Shown piece by piece: positions 1 to 10,342 of a DNA stretch of 64,000 nucleotides. Position 1 is the first letter of the stretch. Every line of letters begins with the position of its first letter. The position numbers and the translations under genes are program-made. The notes under the pieces were generated by a model. The model worked only from the letters and a program-made list of their open reading frames with translations. It made no database searches and was not told the DNA's origin. The DNA comes from Minisyncoccota bacterium (lineage in GTDB: Bacteria > Patescibacteriota > Minisyncoccia > Phycocordibacterales > Phycocordibacteraceae): contig JAGOSG010000001.1 in NCBI GenBank assembly GCA_018062445.1, forward strand, positions 58,426 to 122,425, in the 5' to 3' direction.

Positions 1-323
1 AAACTGCAAAACAAAATGTTTCAGTGAACGGAAAGACCCTTGAAGAATATTTCCGCACCGCAGAATTGGTTCGTATTTCTGTTGCACCACTTTCGCATCA
101 TGAAAAGAAATTCACTATAACCGCAGTTCTTCGTGGGGGTGGTATTGCTGGCCAAGCTGTAGCGCTTTCTCACGGTATCGCGAGAGCAATAGTTGAGTTT
201 GATGCAACATCTCGAACACCTTTGAAGAAGTTGGGACTTTTGAAGCGTGACCCTCGTGCTAAAGAGCGTAAAAAACCAGGTCTCAAAAAGGCTCGCAAAG
301 CAGCTCAATGGAGTAAAAGATAA
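1..323 (+). CDS. rpsI: 30S ribosomal protein S9, 5'-truncated at window edge
   Basis: Frame is open from nt 3. Translation ...VNGKTLEEYF...GGGIAGQA...RDPRAKERKKPGLKKARKAAQWSKR matches the S9 family C-terminal hallmark. Confidence 0.85.
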   Translation, partial: TAKQNVSVNGKTLEEYFRTAELVRISVAPLSHHEKKFTITAVLRGGGIAGQAVALSHGIARAIVEFDATSRTPLKKLGLLKRDPRAKERKKPGLKKARKAAQWSKR

Positions 324-570
324 AGACATATCAACAACAAAAAACTCACATCTAGAATGTGGGTTTTTTGTTGTTACACTTCTACCTATGTTTGAGAAAG
401 GAGTTAGTTCTTTTGCTGTTAAGGAACATTCTTCCATCCCCTTACTTGATAGGCCGATTTCAAAAAACGAAATGCTAGCTTCCGAGCTCGCATTAGCAAT
501 TTTGCTTGCCACCTTAATTCTAGGGAAAAAATCACATAAATAAAGAGCGGAGAAATGCCTAGGTTGATTA

Positions 571-1065
571 ATGCTTTTGGTGGGTGTATTAATAAAAGTA
601 ATGAGCACTGAAGGTTATAGGTTTGAAAATCATGGATTGAAGGTGCATCCAGAAAGAGTTTCTGCTTCTAGAATGGAATCCATTCCCTTGTTTGAGCGCG
701 GTAGTGAGTTTGGAGTGCAGACACTTTCAAGAAGGGTGGGCAGTCAAGAGCAGGGCAGATATACATCTTATGGTGCTCGAAATGAGGAAGGAGATTTTCG
801 TCATGGACTAGGAAAGACTGCTCAAGTAGTTACGCTTGCTATCGTTGAACTATTGGCGAGTGCTACAGCCGTGGTAGCGGGTGGTGTTGTTGCTGCGGGT
901 GGCTTACATTTCCCCTTCGCAGTATATACACTTCTTGCCATGGGTGCGCCGATACCATTTGGAGTGGTTCTGCCAATAACTCTCAGCGTCATCGGTATAG
1001 GTTTGATTGTTGTAGGTGTGAAGCGTATTGGTGCTGCAACGAGAAGGGTCCGTTCTCTTTTTTAA
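571..1065 (+). CDS. hypothetical protein with C-terminal hydrophobic/Gly-Ala-Val-rich segment (alt start 601)
   Basis: 164-aa ORF following rpsI; no recognisable family; C-terminal TM-like stretch. Confidence 0.35.
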   Translation: MLLVGVLIKVMSTEGYRFENHGLKVHPERVSASRMESIPLFERGSEFGVQTLSRRVGSQEQGRYTSYGARNEEGDFRHGLGKTAQVVTLAIVELLASATAVVAGGVVAAGGLHFPFAVYTLLAMGAPIPFGVVLPITLSVIGIGLIVVGVKRIGAATRRVRSLF

Positions 1066-1163
1066 ATTCTTTTTATAAACACACCTCTACCCCTTAGTTA
1101 ACTAAAGGGGTGAGGAAACGAGGATTGTTTTTGCTTTGAGGTGTGTCAGCATAGTCGTCGTTT

Positions 1164-1192
1164 TTGACTTGCGTATCTGTTTGACGCATAAT
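1164..1192 (+). promoter_or_regulatory. sigma70-like promoter of grpE: TTGACT -17 nt- CATAAT, ending 7 nt before the ATG, so a leaderless or near-leaderless transcript
   Basis: -35 TTGACT at 1164-1169, 17-nt spacer, -10 CATAAT at 1187-1192, grpE ATG at 1200. Confidence 0.4.
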
Positions 1193-1199
1193 CTACTTC

Positions 1200-1751
1200 A
1201 TGAGTGAAGAAGACGATATTGTTATTGAATCTGATGATGAAAGCTTAGAGGGAGAAGGCTCTACTGCTGAAAAACTTGCGGAAAAAAACAAAAAGTTACG
1301 CCTAGAGCTTGCAAATTCCAATAAAGAAAAGCAAGAATACTTGGATGGATGGCAGAGAGCCAAAGCTGACTATGTAAATATTCGTCGTCGTGCAGAAGAG
1401 GAGCGCCAAATATTAGTGCGAGATGCCTCTAAGTCTCTCATTGAAGCTCTACTACCTGCACTTGATAGCTTTGACCAAGCAATAGGTACTGCAGAAGGAT
1501 CAGGGTCATGGGTGGAGGGCATAAAAAATACACACAGTCAGCTCATGAAAGCTCTCAAGGCGGAAGGTGTGAGCGCTTTCGATCCTTTAGGTGAAGTATT
1601 TGACCCAGTACAGCATGAACCTGTAGAAAGAGTTGCAGTAAAAAGTCAGGTGGAGGATAATGTTGTTACCAAAGTCTATCAAAAAGGGTACACCCTTCAT
1701 GGTACGATTATCCGCCCAGCACGCATTGCAGTTGGACACTTCGAAGGGTAG
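1200..1751 (+). CDS. grpE: nucleotide exchange factor GrpE
   Basis: Acidic N-terminus, coiled coil, conserved GrpE core (…WQRAKADYVNIRRRAEEER…), directly upstream of dnaK. Confidence 0.9.
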   Translation: MSEEDDIVIESDDESLEGEGSTAEKLAEKNKKLRLELANSNKEKQEYLDGWQRAKADYVNIRRRAEEERQILVRDASKSLIEALLPALDSFDQAIGTAEGSGSWVEGIKNTHSQLMKALKAEGVSAFDPLGEVFDPVQHEPVERVAVKSQVEDNVVTKVYQKGYTLHGTIIRPARIAVGHFEG

Positions 1752-1823
1752 CGTTCAGAAGTTGACAAGCAAAGGTTTTTAGAAAAAAATATTAAAAAAA
1801 TTAATAACTTACGTACATACACT

Positions 1824-3737
1824 ATGGGAAAAATACTCGGCATCGACCTCGGAACTACAAACTCAGCGATGGCTATTGTTGAGGGTGGTGAGCCACGCAT
1901 CATTGAAAATGCAGAAGGAAATCGCACAACACCCTCAGTAGTGGCTATTTCAAAGGCCGGAGAGCGCCTTGTAGGGCTCGTTGCAAAGAGGCAAGCAGTG
2001 ACGAACCCTACAAACACCATATATGGCGTAAAGCGCTTCATGGGTCACAAGCTGAGTGACGAAGCGGTTCAGAAGGACATCTCTACTGCCTCCTACAAAA
2101 CAAAAGAAGCTTCGGGCGGTGGTGTGTCTGTGGTACTCGGAGATAAAGAGTACCGACCTGAAGAAATTTCAGCAATGATTTTGCAGAAATTAAAAGCGGA
2201 CGCTGAAGCAAAGCTCGGTGAAACTATTACTGAAGCAATCATTACTGTTCCTGCATATTTCGACGATGCACAGCGACAAGCTACCAAAGATGCAGGTAAA
2301 ATTGCCGGTCTTGATGTGAAGCGAATTATCAATGAACCAACCGCTGCAGCTCTCGCATACGGCTTCAATAAAAGAAAGAACGAACAAATTATTGTCTACG
2401 ATTTCGGAGGGGGAACATTTGATGTTTCAGTACTCGAGGTAGGAGATGATGTTATTGAAGTAAAATCAACAGGAGGGGATTCACACATGGGTGGAAGGGA
2501 CATTGATCAAAAGATTGTTCAATGGATTGCTGATTCATATAAAAAAGAAAGCGGGATTGATATCACTAAGGATTCACTTGCACTGCAACGCTTGGATGAG
2601 GCCGCAGAAAAGGCGAAGCATGAACTCTCCACTACCATGGAGACGGAAATTAACATCCCGTTCATTACTTCAGATGCGTCAGGCCCTAAGCATCTTCTTA
2701 TGAAGATGAGCCGTGCAGCACTTGAAGAGCTTGCACGAGAATACATTGATCGCTCTATTGAGATCACTAAACAAGTTCTTGAGTCCGCAAAGTTTAAGAC
2801 TTCTGATATCGAAGAAATCATTCTTGTCGGAGGACAAACTCGTATGCCTGCTATTCAGGAGGCAGTAAAGAATGTTTTCGGTAAAGAACCAAACCGTAGT
2901 ATTAACCCTGATGAAGTTGTCGCACTTGGCGCTGCAATTCAAGCAGGCATTATGCAGGGCGATGTAAAGGATGTACTTCTTCTTGATGTTATTCCACTTT
3001 CTCTCGGTATTGAAACAATGGGAGGTGTTGCTACAAAGCTTATTGAAAAAAACACAACTATCCCAGCAACGCGCTCGCAGTCGTTCTCAACCGCAGCAGA
3101 TAACCAAACATCAGTAGAAATCCATGTAGTTCAAGGAGAAAGAGCGATGGCAAACGATAATAAATCATTAGGGCGCTTTATCCTTGATGGTATTCCACCA
3201 GCTCCTCGAGGTCTCCCACAGGTTGAAGTGTCGTTCGATGTGGATGCAAACGGAATTCTCAAAGTGACTGCAAAAGATAAGGCGACAAACAAAGAGCAAT
3301 CTATCCGCATCGAAGCGCGCTCGGGACTCACCGATGCTGACATAGAGAAGATGAAGAAGGATGCCGACATGAATGCCGACACCGATAAAAAGTCAAAAGA
3401 GCTTGTTGAAACAAGGAATCTTGCTGATCAAATGATTTACACTGCTGAAAAAGCTCTTCTTGAACATGGTGCAAAAATCCCAGACAATGTGAAGCAGGAT
3501 GTTACTAATGCTGTTCAAAAAGTAAAAGAAGTAAAGGAAACAGGTGATATCACCGGTATTCAAACTGCAACGCAAGCACTCTCAACTGAAATGCAAAAAA
3601 TTGGGCAGTATATGTCACAGCAGGGTGAGCAGAAGGCGGATTCGACAGGCTCACCGCAAGCAGACGGTGCACAAACACCGCCAACTGATACTCCTCCTTC
3701 GGACACTTCTACCCAAGGACCAGTGACGGATGTGTGA
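1824..3737 (+). CDS. dnaK: molecular chaperone DnaK (Hsp70)
   Basis: [21 protein letters not shown] and other Hsp70 signatures; 637 aa. Confidence 0.97.
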   Translation: MGKILGIDLGTTNSAMAIVEGGEPRIIENAEGNRTTPSVVAISKAGERLVGLVAKRQAVTNPTNTIYGVKRFMGHKLSDEAVQKDISTASYKTKEASGGGVSVVLGDKEYRPEEISAMILQKLKADAEAKLGETITEAIITVPAYFDDAQRQATKDAGKIAGLDVKRIINEPTAAALAYGFNKRKNEQIIVYDFGGGTFDVSVLEVGDDVIEVKSTGGDSHMGGRDIDQKIVQWIADSYKKESGIDITKDSLALQRLDEAAEKAKHELSTTMETEINIPFITSDASGPKHLLMKMSRAALEELAREYIDRSIEITKQVLESAKFKTSDIEEIILVGGQTRMPAIQEAVKNVFGKEPNRSINPDEVVALGAAIQAGIMQGDVKDVLLLDVIPLSLGIETMGGVATKLIEKNTTIPATRSQSFSTAADNQTSVEIHVVQGERAMANDNKSLGRFILDGIPPAPRGLPQVEVSFDVDANGILKVTAKDKATNKEQSIRIEARSGLTDADIEKMKKDADMNADTDKKSKELVETRNLADQMIYTAEKALLEHGAKIPDNVKQDVTNAVQKVKEVKETGDITGIQTATQALSTEMQKIGQYMSQQGEQKADSTGSPQADGAQTPPTDTPPSDTSTQGPVTDV

Positions 3738-3740
3738 AGC

Positions 3741-3828
3741 AGAAGCTTTCAGGTGTCAGCTGTTAGCTTTCAGCTTTTGATTATTTTGAATTTAAAGCTG
3801 GAACCTGTAAGCTAAAAGCTATAAGCTC
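3741..3828. repeat. AGCTTTCAG-type heptad-array repeat (inverted arms) downstream of dnaK
   Basis: agctttcaggtgtcagctgttagctttcagctttt … aagctggaacctgtaagctaaaagct; member of a family seen at 13 or more loci. Confidence 0.7.
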
Positions 3829-4908
3829 ATGAATAAGGATTACTACCAACTTCTCGGTGTCGACAAAAAAGCCTCAAAAGAGGATATAAAGAAAGCATTT
3901 CGTAAGCTCGCACATCAGCACCACCCTGACAAGAAAGGTGGCAATGAGGCGAAGTTTAAAGAAGTGAGCGAGGCCTACAGCATACTGTCTGACGATAAAA
4001 AGCGTGCAGAATACGATTCGTATGGAAGAGTGTTCTCAGGTGGCGCGGGACCTCAAGGGGGCCAAGGAGGAGCTGGATTTGAAGGTTTTGATTTCTCACA
4101 ATTTCAAGGAGGTGCTGATTTTGATGTCGACTTGAATGACATATTCGGAGGATTCTCTGATATTTTCGGTGGCAGGGGCAGGCAAGCTCGTGGCAGAGAT
4201 ATATCGGTTGATTTAGAGCTTTCGTTCAAAGAATCAATTTTCGGACTTACGCGTAGAATGCTCATCACTAAAGATAGTACTTGCTCTAAGTGTGCTGGTT
4301 CAGGAGCAGAACCAGAAACTAAAACAAAAACCTGCCCAACCTGTAATGGTAAAGGACAAGTAGTTGAATCTCGTCGTTCTCCTTTTGGAACATTCTCCGT
4401 GTCGACAGCCTGCACAACCTGCAGTGGGAGGCGTGTTGTGCCTGAGAAACCTTGCACCACCTGTAAAGGATCGGGTGTGCATCGCCGTCAAGAAGAGATT
4501 ACGGTGGTTATTCCAGCAGGAATTGATAACGGACAAGTTATTCGTTTGGCAGGTTTAGGGGAAGCAATTTCTGGAGGAGCAACAGGGGACTTGTATGTGA
4601 AAGTACATGTACGACCTGATGCAAAATTTAGAAAAGAGGGCTTTAACTTAATCACCGATCTTCCTGTAAAAGTTTCAGACGCGTTAATTGGCGCTGAATA
4701 CCAACTCGACACTCTTGATGGCACGGTTACCGTAACAGTGCCCCCACTACAATCAACCGATGAAATTCTTCGCATGAAAGGTAAGGGTGTTCCAACGGAG
4801 AGAGGGAAGCGAGGTGATCTTCTTATACGTGTTCGCGTTGAATTTCCACAAAAGATTTCAAAAGAAGCAAAAGAGTTACTTCAAAAATTGAAGAAGGAAG
4901 GAATCTAA
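3829..4908 (+). CDS. dnaJ: chaperone DnaJ
   Basis: J-domain with HPD (AHQHHPDKK), Gly-rich linker, four CxxCxGxG zinc-finger repeats. Confidence 0.95.
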   Translation: MNKDYYQLLGVDKKASKEDIKKAFRKLAHQHHPDKKGGNEAKFKEVSEAYSILSDDKKRAEYDSYGRVFSGGAGPQGGQGGAGFEGFDFSQFQGGADFDVDLNDIFGGFSDIFGGRGRQARGRDISVDLELSFKESIFGLTRRMLITKDSTCSKCAGSGAEPETKTKTCPTCNGKGQVVESRRSPFGTFSVSTACTTCSGRRVVPEKPCTTCKGSGVHRRQEEITVVIPAGIDNGQVIRLAGLGEAISGGATGDLYVKVHVRPDAKFRKEGFNLITDLPVKVSDALIGAEYQLDTLDGTVTVTVPPLQSTDEILRMKGKGVPTERGKRGDLLIRVRVEFPQKISKEAKELLQKLKKEGI

Positions 4909-4985
4909 TTATTTACCAGTAGGGAAGCGTGGTATGAGTTATCCGCCCCTCTAAAAATCTGACACGCATAGCGTGGTATGATTTT

Positions 4986-5498
4986 TTGCGTATGAATACA
5001 CTCAACAATTTAGATATAGGTGCACGATTTCACGCAGTTCTCAACTTCATTATTGGCTTTGGTCAAGATTTCCTCCCATTCATAATTGTTGTAGGACTTG
5101 TCGCCGCATTTGCTTTTTTTCTTGGGCGAAATCGTCTTATGCCACTCATTGCTGCAATCTATACAGCTATTCCTCTATATCTCTTTTTTCCTTTTCAAAC
5201 GGCACTACTCCAAGATCACTACATTGCAATAGCGCTCTATCTTTTGTTTGTATTCCTTTCTTTCGTAGCTTTTTCAGGTCTTTCTTACTTCATGGCAAGT
5301 GCTCCTCGATCCTTTCTTCGAGTAGGCGCTATGTCTATACTTGTTGCAGGAACACTTCTCGCTATCGGTATTCACATTCTTCCTTTAGAGCAGATTTATA
5401 CATTTAATAGCGCAACAAAAGCACTCTTTGCCTCAAACCAAGCTTTCTTCTGGTGGCTCCTAGCTCCTTTGGTTGGACTCTTCTTTTTGGAGCGTTAA
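4986..5498 (+). CDS. hypothetical polytopic membrane protein
   Basis: 170 aa, about 5 predicted TM helices, no family recognised. Confidence 0.5.
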   Translation: MRMNTLNNLDIGARFHAVLNFIIGFGQDFLPFIIVVGLVAAFAFFLGRNRLMPLIAAIYTAIPLYLFFPFQTALLQDHYIAIALYLLFVFLSFVAFSGLSYFMASAPRSFLRVGAMSILVAGTLLAIGIHILPLEQIYTFNSATKALFASNQAFFWWLLAPLVGLFFLER

Positions 5499-5676
5499 TA
5501 ATCTATTGTCTTGAGTGGTGCGTCTAAGACGGCCTGCTCACAGTCGACAATATGAATAAATATGCCTTGACTTATGAAGTTAAACGGTGTGGTAGAATAG
5601 AACTCTTGATTCATTTTTTCTAAATATTTCCTTTTTTCAAGAAATTATCTAGATATTTGCTGAAAATCTATCATTC

Positions 5677-6750
5677 ATGTCCGATTTGAAAATTATCGTT
5701 ATTGACGCAAGTACACTGTCGGAATTCAATAACCACAAAAGAATTTTACGCATTGAAGATTCTGCAAGTGGACTTTTGGCATTTATTTCGATTCACAATA
5801 CAAATCGTGGTCCTGCTATAGGGGGAACACGTTATTGGCACTACCAGAAAGAAGAGGATGCCTTGAGGGATTCTCTCCGTCTCTCCCGTGCAATGACATA
5901 CAAATGTGCCATTGCAGAAGTTCCTTTTGGTGGAGCAAAAGGAGTGATTGTAGCTCCGAATAATGCAAGCCAAGAAGAAAAGGATGCAATACTCGTTTCC
6001 TATGCGAAAGCTTTAGCGGAATTGGGAGAGCCTTTTTATACCGGAGAAGACGTGGGACTTAATGAGCATGACGTACAAGTACTCGAACAACATTCAAATA
6101 CCATAGTGGGAAGACCTGAAGTTGGTGGCCTCCCGGCACGATGGGCAGCACTGAGTGTTTTTTATGCCATGGAGGGAGCGCTTGCTATGCAAACAGGCTC
6201 GGCATCTTTTGAAGGTAAAAAAATTGCTATAAAAGGTTTGGGTGGGGTAGGTATTGATCTCTGTGCGCTTCTTGAAAAAGCAGGCGCAAGACTTGTGGGA
6301 GCTGACATTGTTCCTGAAAGAGTCGAGCGTGCTCTAAAAAATCATCCAGCAATTGAAATAGTTGATTCAGCGGTCATACACACCACTGAATCTGACATAT
6401 ATTCGCCGTGTGCTATGGGTAACGAGTTTAATAAAGATACTATTTCAGATCTCAAAACAAAAATTATCTGTGGCGCAGCTAACAATCAGGTGGCCACGAA
6501 AGCTGATGGGCAAGGTTTGTTTGAAGCGGGAATACTCTATATTCCAGATTATGTAGCTAATGCGGGTGGACTGATTAGTGTTGCTGACGAATTACATCCC
6601 TCCGGATATTCAAAAGAACGAGTAGAGAAAAACATTAAACGTATTAGAAACACTGTTGAAAAAATAATAGAAACTTCTCTTAGAGAATTAAGTCCTACCG
6701 GTGAAGTCGCCGATAGAATTGCTGAAGACCGTTTTAAAGAAAGCGTATGA
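5677..6750 (+). CDS. Glu/Leu/Phe/Val dehydrogenase family protein (LeuDH/PheDH-like amino-acid dehydrogenase)
   Basis: GPAIGGTRYWHY and FGGAKGVIVAP catalytic-Lys box, Rossmann GLGGVGIDL; stop overlaps next start (ATGA). Confidence 0.85.
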   Translation: MSDLKIIVIDASTLSEFNNHKRILRIEDSASGLLAFISIHNTNRGPAIGGTRYWHYQKEEDALRDSLRLSRAMTYKCAIAEVPFGGAKGVIVAPNNASQEEKDAILVSYAKALAELGEPFYTGEDVGLNEHDVQVLEQHSNTIVGRPEVGGLPARWAALSVFYAMEGALAMQTGSASFEGKKIAIKGLGGVGIDLCALLEKAGARLVGADIVPERVERALKNHPAIEIVDSAVIHTTESDIYSPCAMGNEFNKDTISDLKTKIICGAANNQVATKADGQGLFEAGILYIPDYVANAGGLISVADELHPSGYSKERVEKNIKRIRNTVEKIIETSLRELSPTGEVADRIAEDRFKESV

Positions 6751-8237
6751 ACAAAAAAGAATCTGACAAGATAGTAGATGATATCCTTACGAAAAAGTCA
6801 GATTTTTGGGAAAAGACCGGAAGAAACACAGCTCTCCGTATATTTAAAAAAGCACGTCACTCTATTTCTGCGTACAAGTTATTTTTGAAAAAAAATAATA
6901 TTTCGATATCTCAAAAAAATACATGGGATGAATTTCAAAAGATACCTACCACTGATAAAAAAACCTACCTGCGCTCTTCGTTACTTTCAGATCTCTGTTA
7001 CTCCCACCTTGCTGGTGGTATCGTCTTCTCTTCGACATCCGGCTCTACCGGTAAACCCTTTTACTTCCCACGCAACGCGACTCTCGATTGGGAGTATTCA
7101 ATCTTTTTAGAATTGTATTTGAAGGGAATATCTACCCAATACAAGAAACGAAGAACTCTGGTCATTATCGGCTTTGGTATGGGTGTGTGGATTGGGGGCC
7201 TCATTACATACAAAGCATTTGAGCTTGTTAATCAACGAACAGGGAACCTTTCTCTTATAACTCCGGGCGTTAACAAAAAGGAAATTTTTAACGCACTCAG
7301 AGAACTTTCGCCACAATATGATCAAACAATTCTTGTCGGATACCCACCTTTTATTAAAGATATTATTGACGAAGCTCAAGAAGAAGCTGTTGAAATAAAC
7401 AAACTCAACATCAAATTTATTTTTGCCGCCGAAGCCTTCACTGAAGCGTTTAGGGAATATCTCGTTGACAAGACGAAGGTAGGGAATCTACACACTGAAA
7501 CAGCAAACATATACGGGACAGCTGATATCGGTGCAATGGCATTCGAGACGCCTACTTCTATACTCATAAGACGTCTGGTTTTAAGTCAACCAACTCTGAC
7601 TGAAAAGGTTTTTGGAAAAATTAACCGTACACCCACCTTAGCTCAATATAATCCTCACTTTGTACATTTTGAAACTATCAAAAATGAGATAGTTCTAACG
7701 GGTGATAGCGAGATACCTCTTGTGCGCTATGCAGTTGGAGATCACGGCGGAACGTACTCGTTTAGAGAACTTAAAAAAATTCTAGCGGAAGCTGGTATTG
7801 ATATAGGAAAAGAAGCGAAGAAAAATAAAATAAAGATCTATGAATTACCCTTTGTGTTTGTTTACGAACGAACCGACCTTTCTACAACTCTCTATGGTCT
7901 TCAAATTTATCCAGAAACCATACGCGAAGTGCTTTTAAGAAAAAAATTCCAATCTTCGCTCACTGGTAAATTTACATTACTCACTACATTTGATGCAGAA
8001 AAGAATCAATTCCTAGAAATGCACATCGAACAAAAGCGCAACAAAAAAATCAACCTAGTTGAACAAGGTCTTTTACTAGAAGCAATAATTCAAAATCTGC
8101 GAATTACTAATTCGGAATTTAGGGAATTATCCGATATGCTAGGTAAGCGTGCAAACCCTAAACTGGTGTTTTGGGACTTGGGCGATCCTACTCATTTTCC
8201 TGTTGGCATAAAACAAAAATGGGTTAAAAAAATATGA
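6747..8237 (+). CDS. adenylate-forming enzyme, phenylacetate-CoA ligase / coenzyme F390 synthetase (PaaK/CapK)-like
   Basis: ANL-type phosphate-binding motif SSTSGSTGKPFYFP and YGTAD motif; 496 aa; translationally coupled to flanking genes. Confidence 0.65.
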   Translation: MNKKESDKIVDDILTKKSDFWEKTGRNTALRIFKKARHSISAYKLFLKKNNISISQKNTWDEFQKIPTTDKKTYLRSSLLSDLCYSHLAGGIVFSSTSGSTGKPFYFPRNATLDWEYSIFLELYLKGISTQYKKRRTLVIIGFGMGVWIGGLITYKAFELVNQRTGNLSLITPGVNKKEIFNALRELSPQYDQTILVGYPPFIKDIIDEAQEEAVEINKLNIKFIFAAEAFTEAFREYLVDKTKVGNLHTETANIYGTADIGAMAFETPTSILIRRLVLSQPTLTEKVFGKINRTPTLAQYNPHFVHFETIKNEIVLTGDSEIPLVRYAVGDHGGTYSFRELKKILAEAGIDIGKEAKKNKIKIYELPFVFVYERTDLSTTLYGLQIYPETIREVLLRKKFQSSLTGKFTLLTTFDAEKNQFLEMHIEQKRNKKINLVEQGLLLEAIIQNLRITNSEFRELSDMLGKRANPKLVFWDLGDPTHFPVGIKQKWVKKI

Positions 8238-9283
8238 AACCTGAACGTATACAATTTAAAGATGTAGAACAGGCTTTAAAAACAAAGAAAGCTTTAGTCA
8301 TTGATGTGTACAGAGAACTACTAGAAGACTTATTTCTTATAAGGAACCCTCGATTTAAATTTGACAAGAACTACATAAAAGAATTTGAAGTATTCATAAA
8401 AGAACACACAGGTGGTCGTGATATGAAGGAATCTGGTTCCTGGTTTTATTTTCCCTGGAATAACCAGCTGGTGCACTACCTGTCTGATTCCGAACATCAG
8501 GAAATTCGCACAACACGAAATAGAAATTTAATCACAAATGATGAGCAGAAGAAACTACGAGATGCACGAATAGCCGTTGCAGGAATGAGTGTGGGGAGTC
8601 ACTGCGCGCTCACACTCAATATGATGGGTATGAGCAGGTATATAAAGATTGCTGATCCTGACACACTCTCAGCTTCAAACATGAACCGCGTGCGATACGA
8701 TTTTACTAAAGTAGGACAAAAGAAAACTTCGGTTGCAAGAGAGTACATTTATCAAATGGATCCTTATGGAGAAGTCGAAGAATACGCAGAAGGAGTTACT
8801 CCAGAAAATATCGATAAATTTCTAAAAGATATTGATGTACTAGTAGAAGAGACCGATCATCTAGAAACAAAAATATTCCTTCGGGAAGAGGCTCGCAAAA
8901 GAGGTATACCAGTTGTGATGGCGACCGACAATGGTGATGGCGTCATTGTTGATATTGAGCGTTTTGATTTAAACCAGGAAACATATCTTTTTAACGGCTT
9001 GATAGGTGATATTACCCTTGAGGAGTTTAAAACATTCCCGCCAACAGAGCTACCGAGACTGGCGACAAAAATTGCCGGTGCAGAGATGGTGGTTCCTCGC
9101 ATGATGTCATCTCTTGGTGAAGTTGGTAAAACCCTCTACTCGTGGCCGCAGTTAGGTGACGCTGCGACCCTCTCGGGAGTAGTGGTCGCCTTTGTAATTA
9201 AACAAATTATACTTGGAATTCCAATTGATTCAGGAAAAATAGACGTAAGTTTGGAGAAGATTTTCCACTCTACACACATATGA
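8234..9283 (+). CDS. ThiF/MoeB (E1-like) family protein with ~105-aa N-terminal extension
   Basis: Rossmann AVAGMSVGS (degenerate GxGxxG), ADPDTLSASNMNRV (DxD…SNLNRQ-like), nucleotide-binding core; coupled ATGA overlaps both sides. Confidence 0.75.
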   Translation: MKPERIQFKDVEQALKTKKALVIDVYRELLEDLFLIRNPRFKFDKNYIKEFEVFIKEHTGGRDMKESGSWFYFPWNNQLVHYLSDSEHQEIRTTRNRNLITNDEQKKLRDARIAVAGMSVGSHCALTLNMMGMSRYIKIADPDTLSASNMNRVRYDFTKVGQKKTSVAREYIYQMDPYGEVEEYAEGVTPENIDKFLKDIDVLVEETDHLETKIFLREEARKRGIPVVMATDNGDGVIVDIERFDLNQETYLFNGLIGDITLEEFKTFPPTELPRLATKIAGAEMVVPRMMSSLGEVGKTLYSWPQLGDAATLSGVVVAFVIKQIILGIPIDSGKIDVSLEKIFHSTHI

Positions 9284-10341
9284 TAGAAAAAGAAGCGCTC
9301 GAGAAAATACTTACTTACGCTGTCCTCGCTCCATCAGGAGATAATTCGCAACCGTGGAAATTTTCTATTCCTTCTCAAAACATCGTTCAAATCTGGAATA
9401 TACCAGGAAAAGATAATCCCATCTTAAACTATCAACAAACAGGGTCATATGTTGCTCACGGCGCTCTAATACAAAACATACGTATCGCTGCTGCAGCGCA
9501 AACTCTTTCTGTCTCAGTAAAATACTTTCCGGGCGAAAAGGACTGCGTTGCAGAAATTACATTTTTTGAAAAGAAAGAAGCTGATACAAGACTTTACGAA
9601 ACAATTAGTAATCGATCTTCAAACAGAAAGCACTATTCAAAAAAACCTCTTTCAGAATCTGATAAGAAAACCCTACTGTTAAGTACACACGGTATTTCGC
9701 CAAGCGTGTCGTTTGTATTTTCAAAAGACGCTGTCGATAAAAACGAGGTGGGGAAGGCACTTGCTACCATGGAAGATATAGCTTTGCAGGTTCCCGAACT
9801 TCATCACTTGTTTTTTAAAGATATTTTATGGGACAAAAAAGGTAACGAGTCCGGTATAGAAGGTCTATACATTAAGTCGTTAGAGTTGCCACCTCCTGCA
9901 CAATTTGCAATGCGCATTCTTAAACATTGGAAAGTAACAGACACGCTCAACAGATCTATTGGGTTATCTAAAAAAATAGCCGCTCAAATGGCTAGTGTAT
10001 ATCGCGACTCTGCAATATATGGCGGTATATTTATTAACAAAAGAACTCCTGAAGCATATGTCCAGGTTGGCGAACTAATGCAACGGGTATGGCTCGAAGC
10101 AACGGCACTGGGTATCGCCGTGCAACCCGTAACCGGTTTAATGTTTTTAACACATCGCGCTGAAGTTAATGACCTAACGCCTATTCCAAAAAAATTTGAA
10201 AAACAAATTCTTGATTCATATCAAAAAGTATTTAATGCATTTGATGCCCCTACAGACTCACACCTAGCATTTCTTATGCGGTTTGGACACAGCAAACCTG
10301 CCAGTGCCCGCTCTCGACGCCTACCCCCTGTTATAGTGTAA
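9280..10341 (+). CDS. nitroreductase-superfamily (SagB/McbC-like FMN oxidoreductase fold) protein, enlarged (353 aa)
   Basis: N-terminal APSGDNSQPWKF (nitroreductase SxxNxQPW box), internal RSSNRKHYS (RRSxRxF-like), C-terminal VGELMQRVWLEATALGIAVQPV. Confidence 0.7.
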   Translation: MIEKEALEKILTYAVLAPSGDNSQPWKFSIPSQNIVQIWNIPGKDNPILNYQQTGSYVAHGALIQNIRIAAAAQTLSVSVKYFPGEKDCVAEITFFEKKEADTRLYETISNRSSNRKHYSKKPLSESDKKTLLLSTHGISPSVSFVFSKDAVDKNEVGKALATMEDIALQVPELHHLFFKDILWDKKGNESGIEGLYIKSLELPPPAQFAMRILKHWKVTDTLNRSIGLSKKIAAQMASVYRDSAIYGGIFINKRTPEAYVQVGELMQRVWLEATALGIAVQPVTGLMFLTHRAEVNDLTPIPKKFEKQILDSYQKVFNAFDAPTDSHLAFLMRFGHSKPASARSRRLPPVIV

Positions 10342-10342
10342 G

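Noticed and set aside
5551-5622. 23-aa ORF (MNKYALTYEVKRCGRIELLIHFF) upstream of the coupled operon as a candidate precursor peptide
   Set aside because: No SD, no Cys/Ser/Thr-rich core, and it lies across the putative promoter; noted only as something to re-examine if the operon proves RiPP-like.
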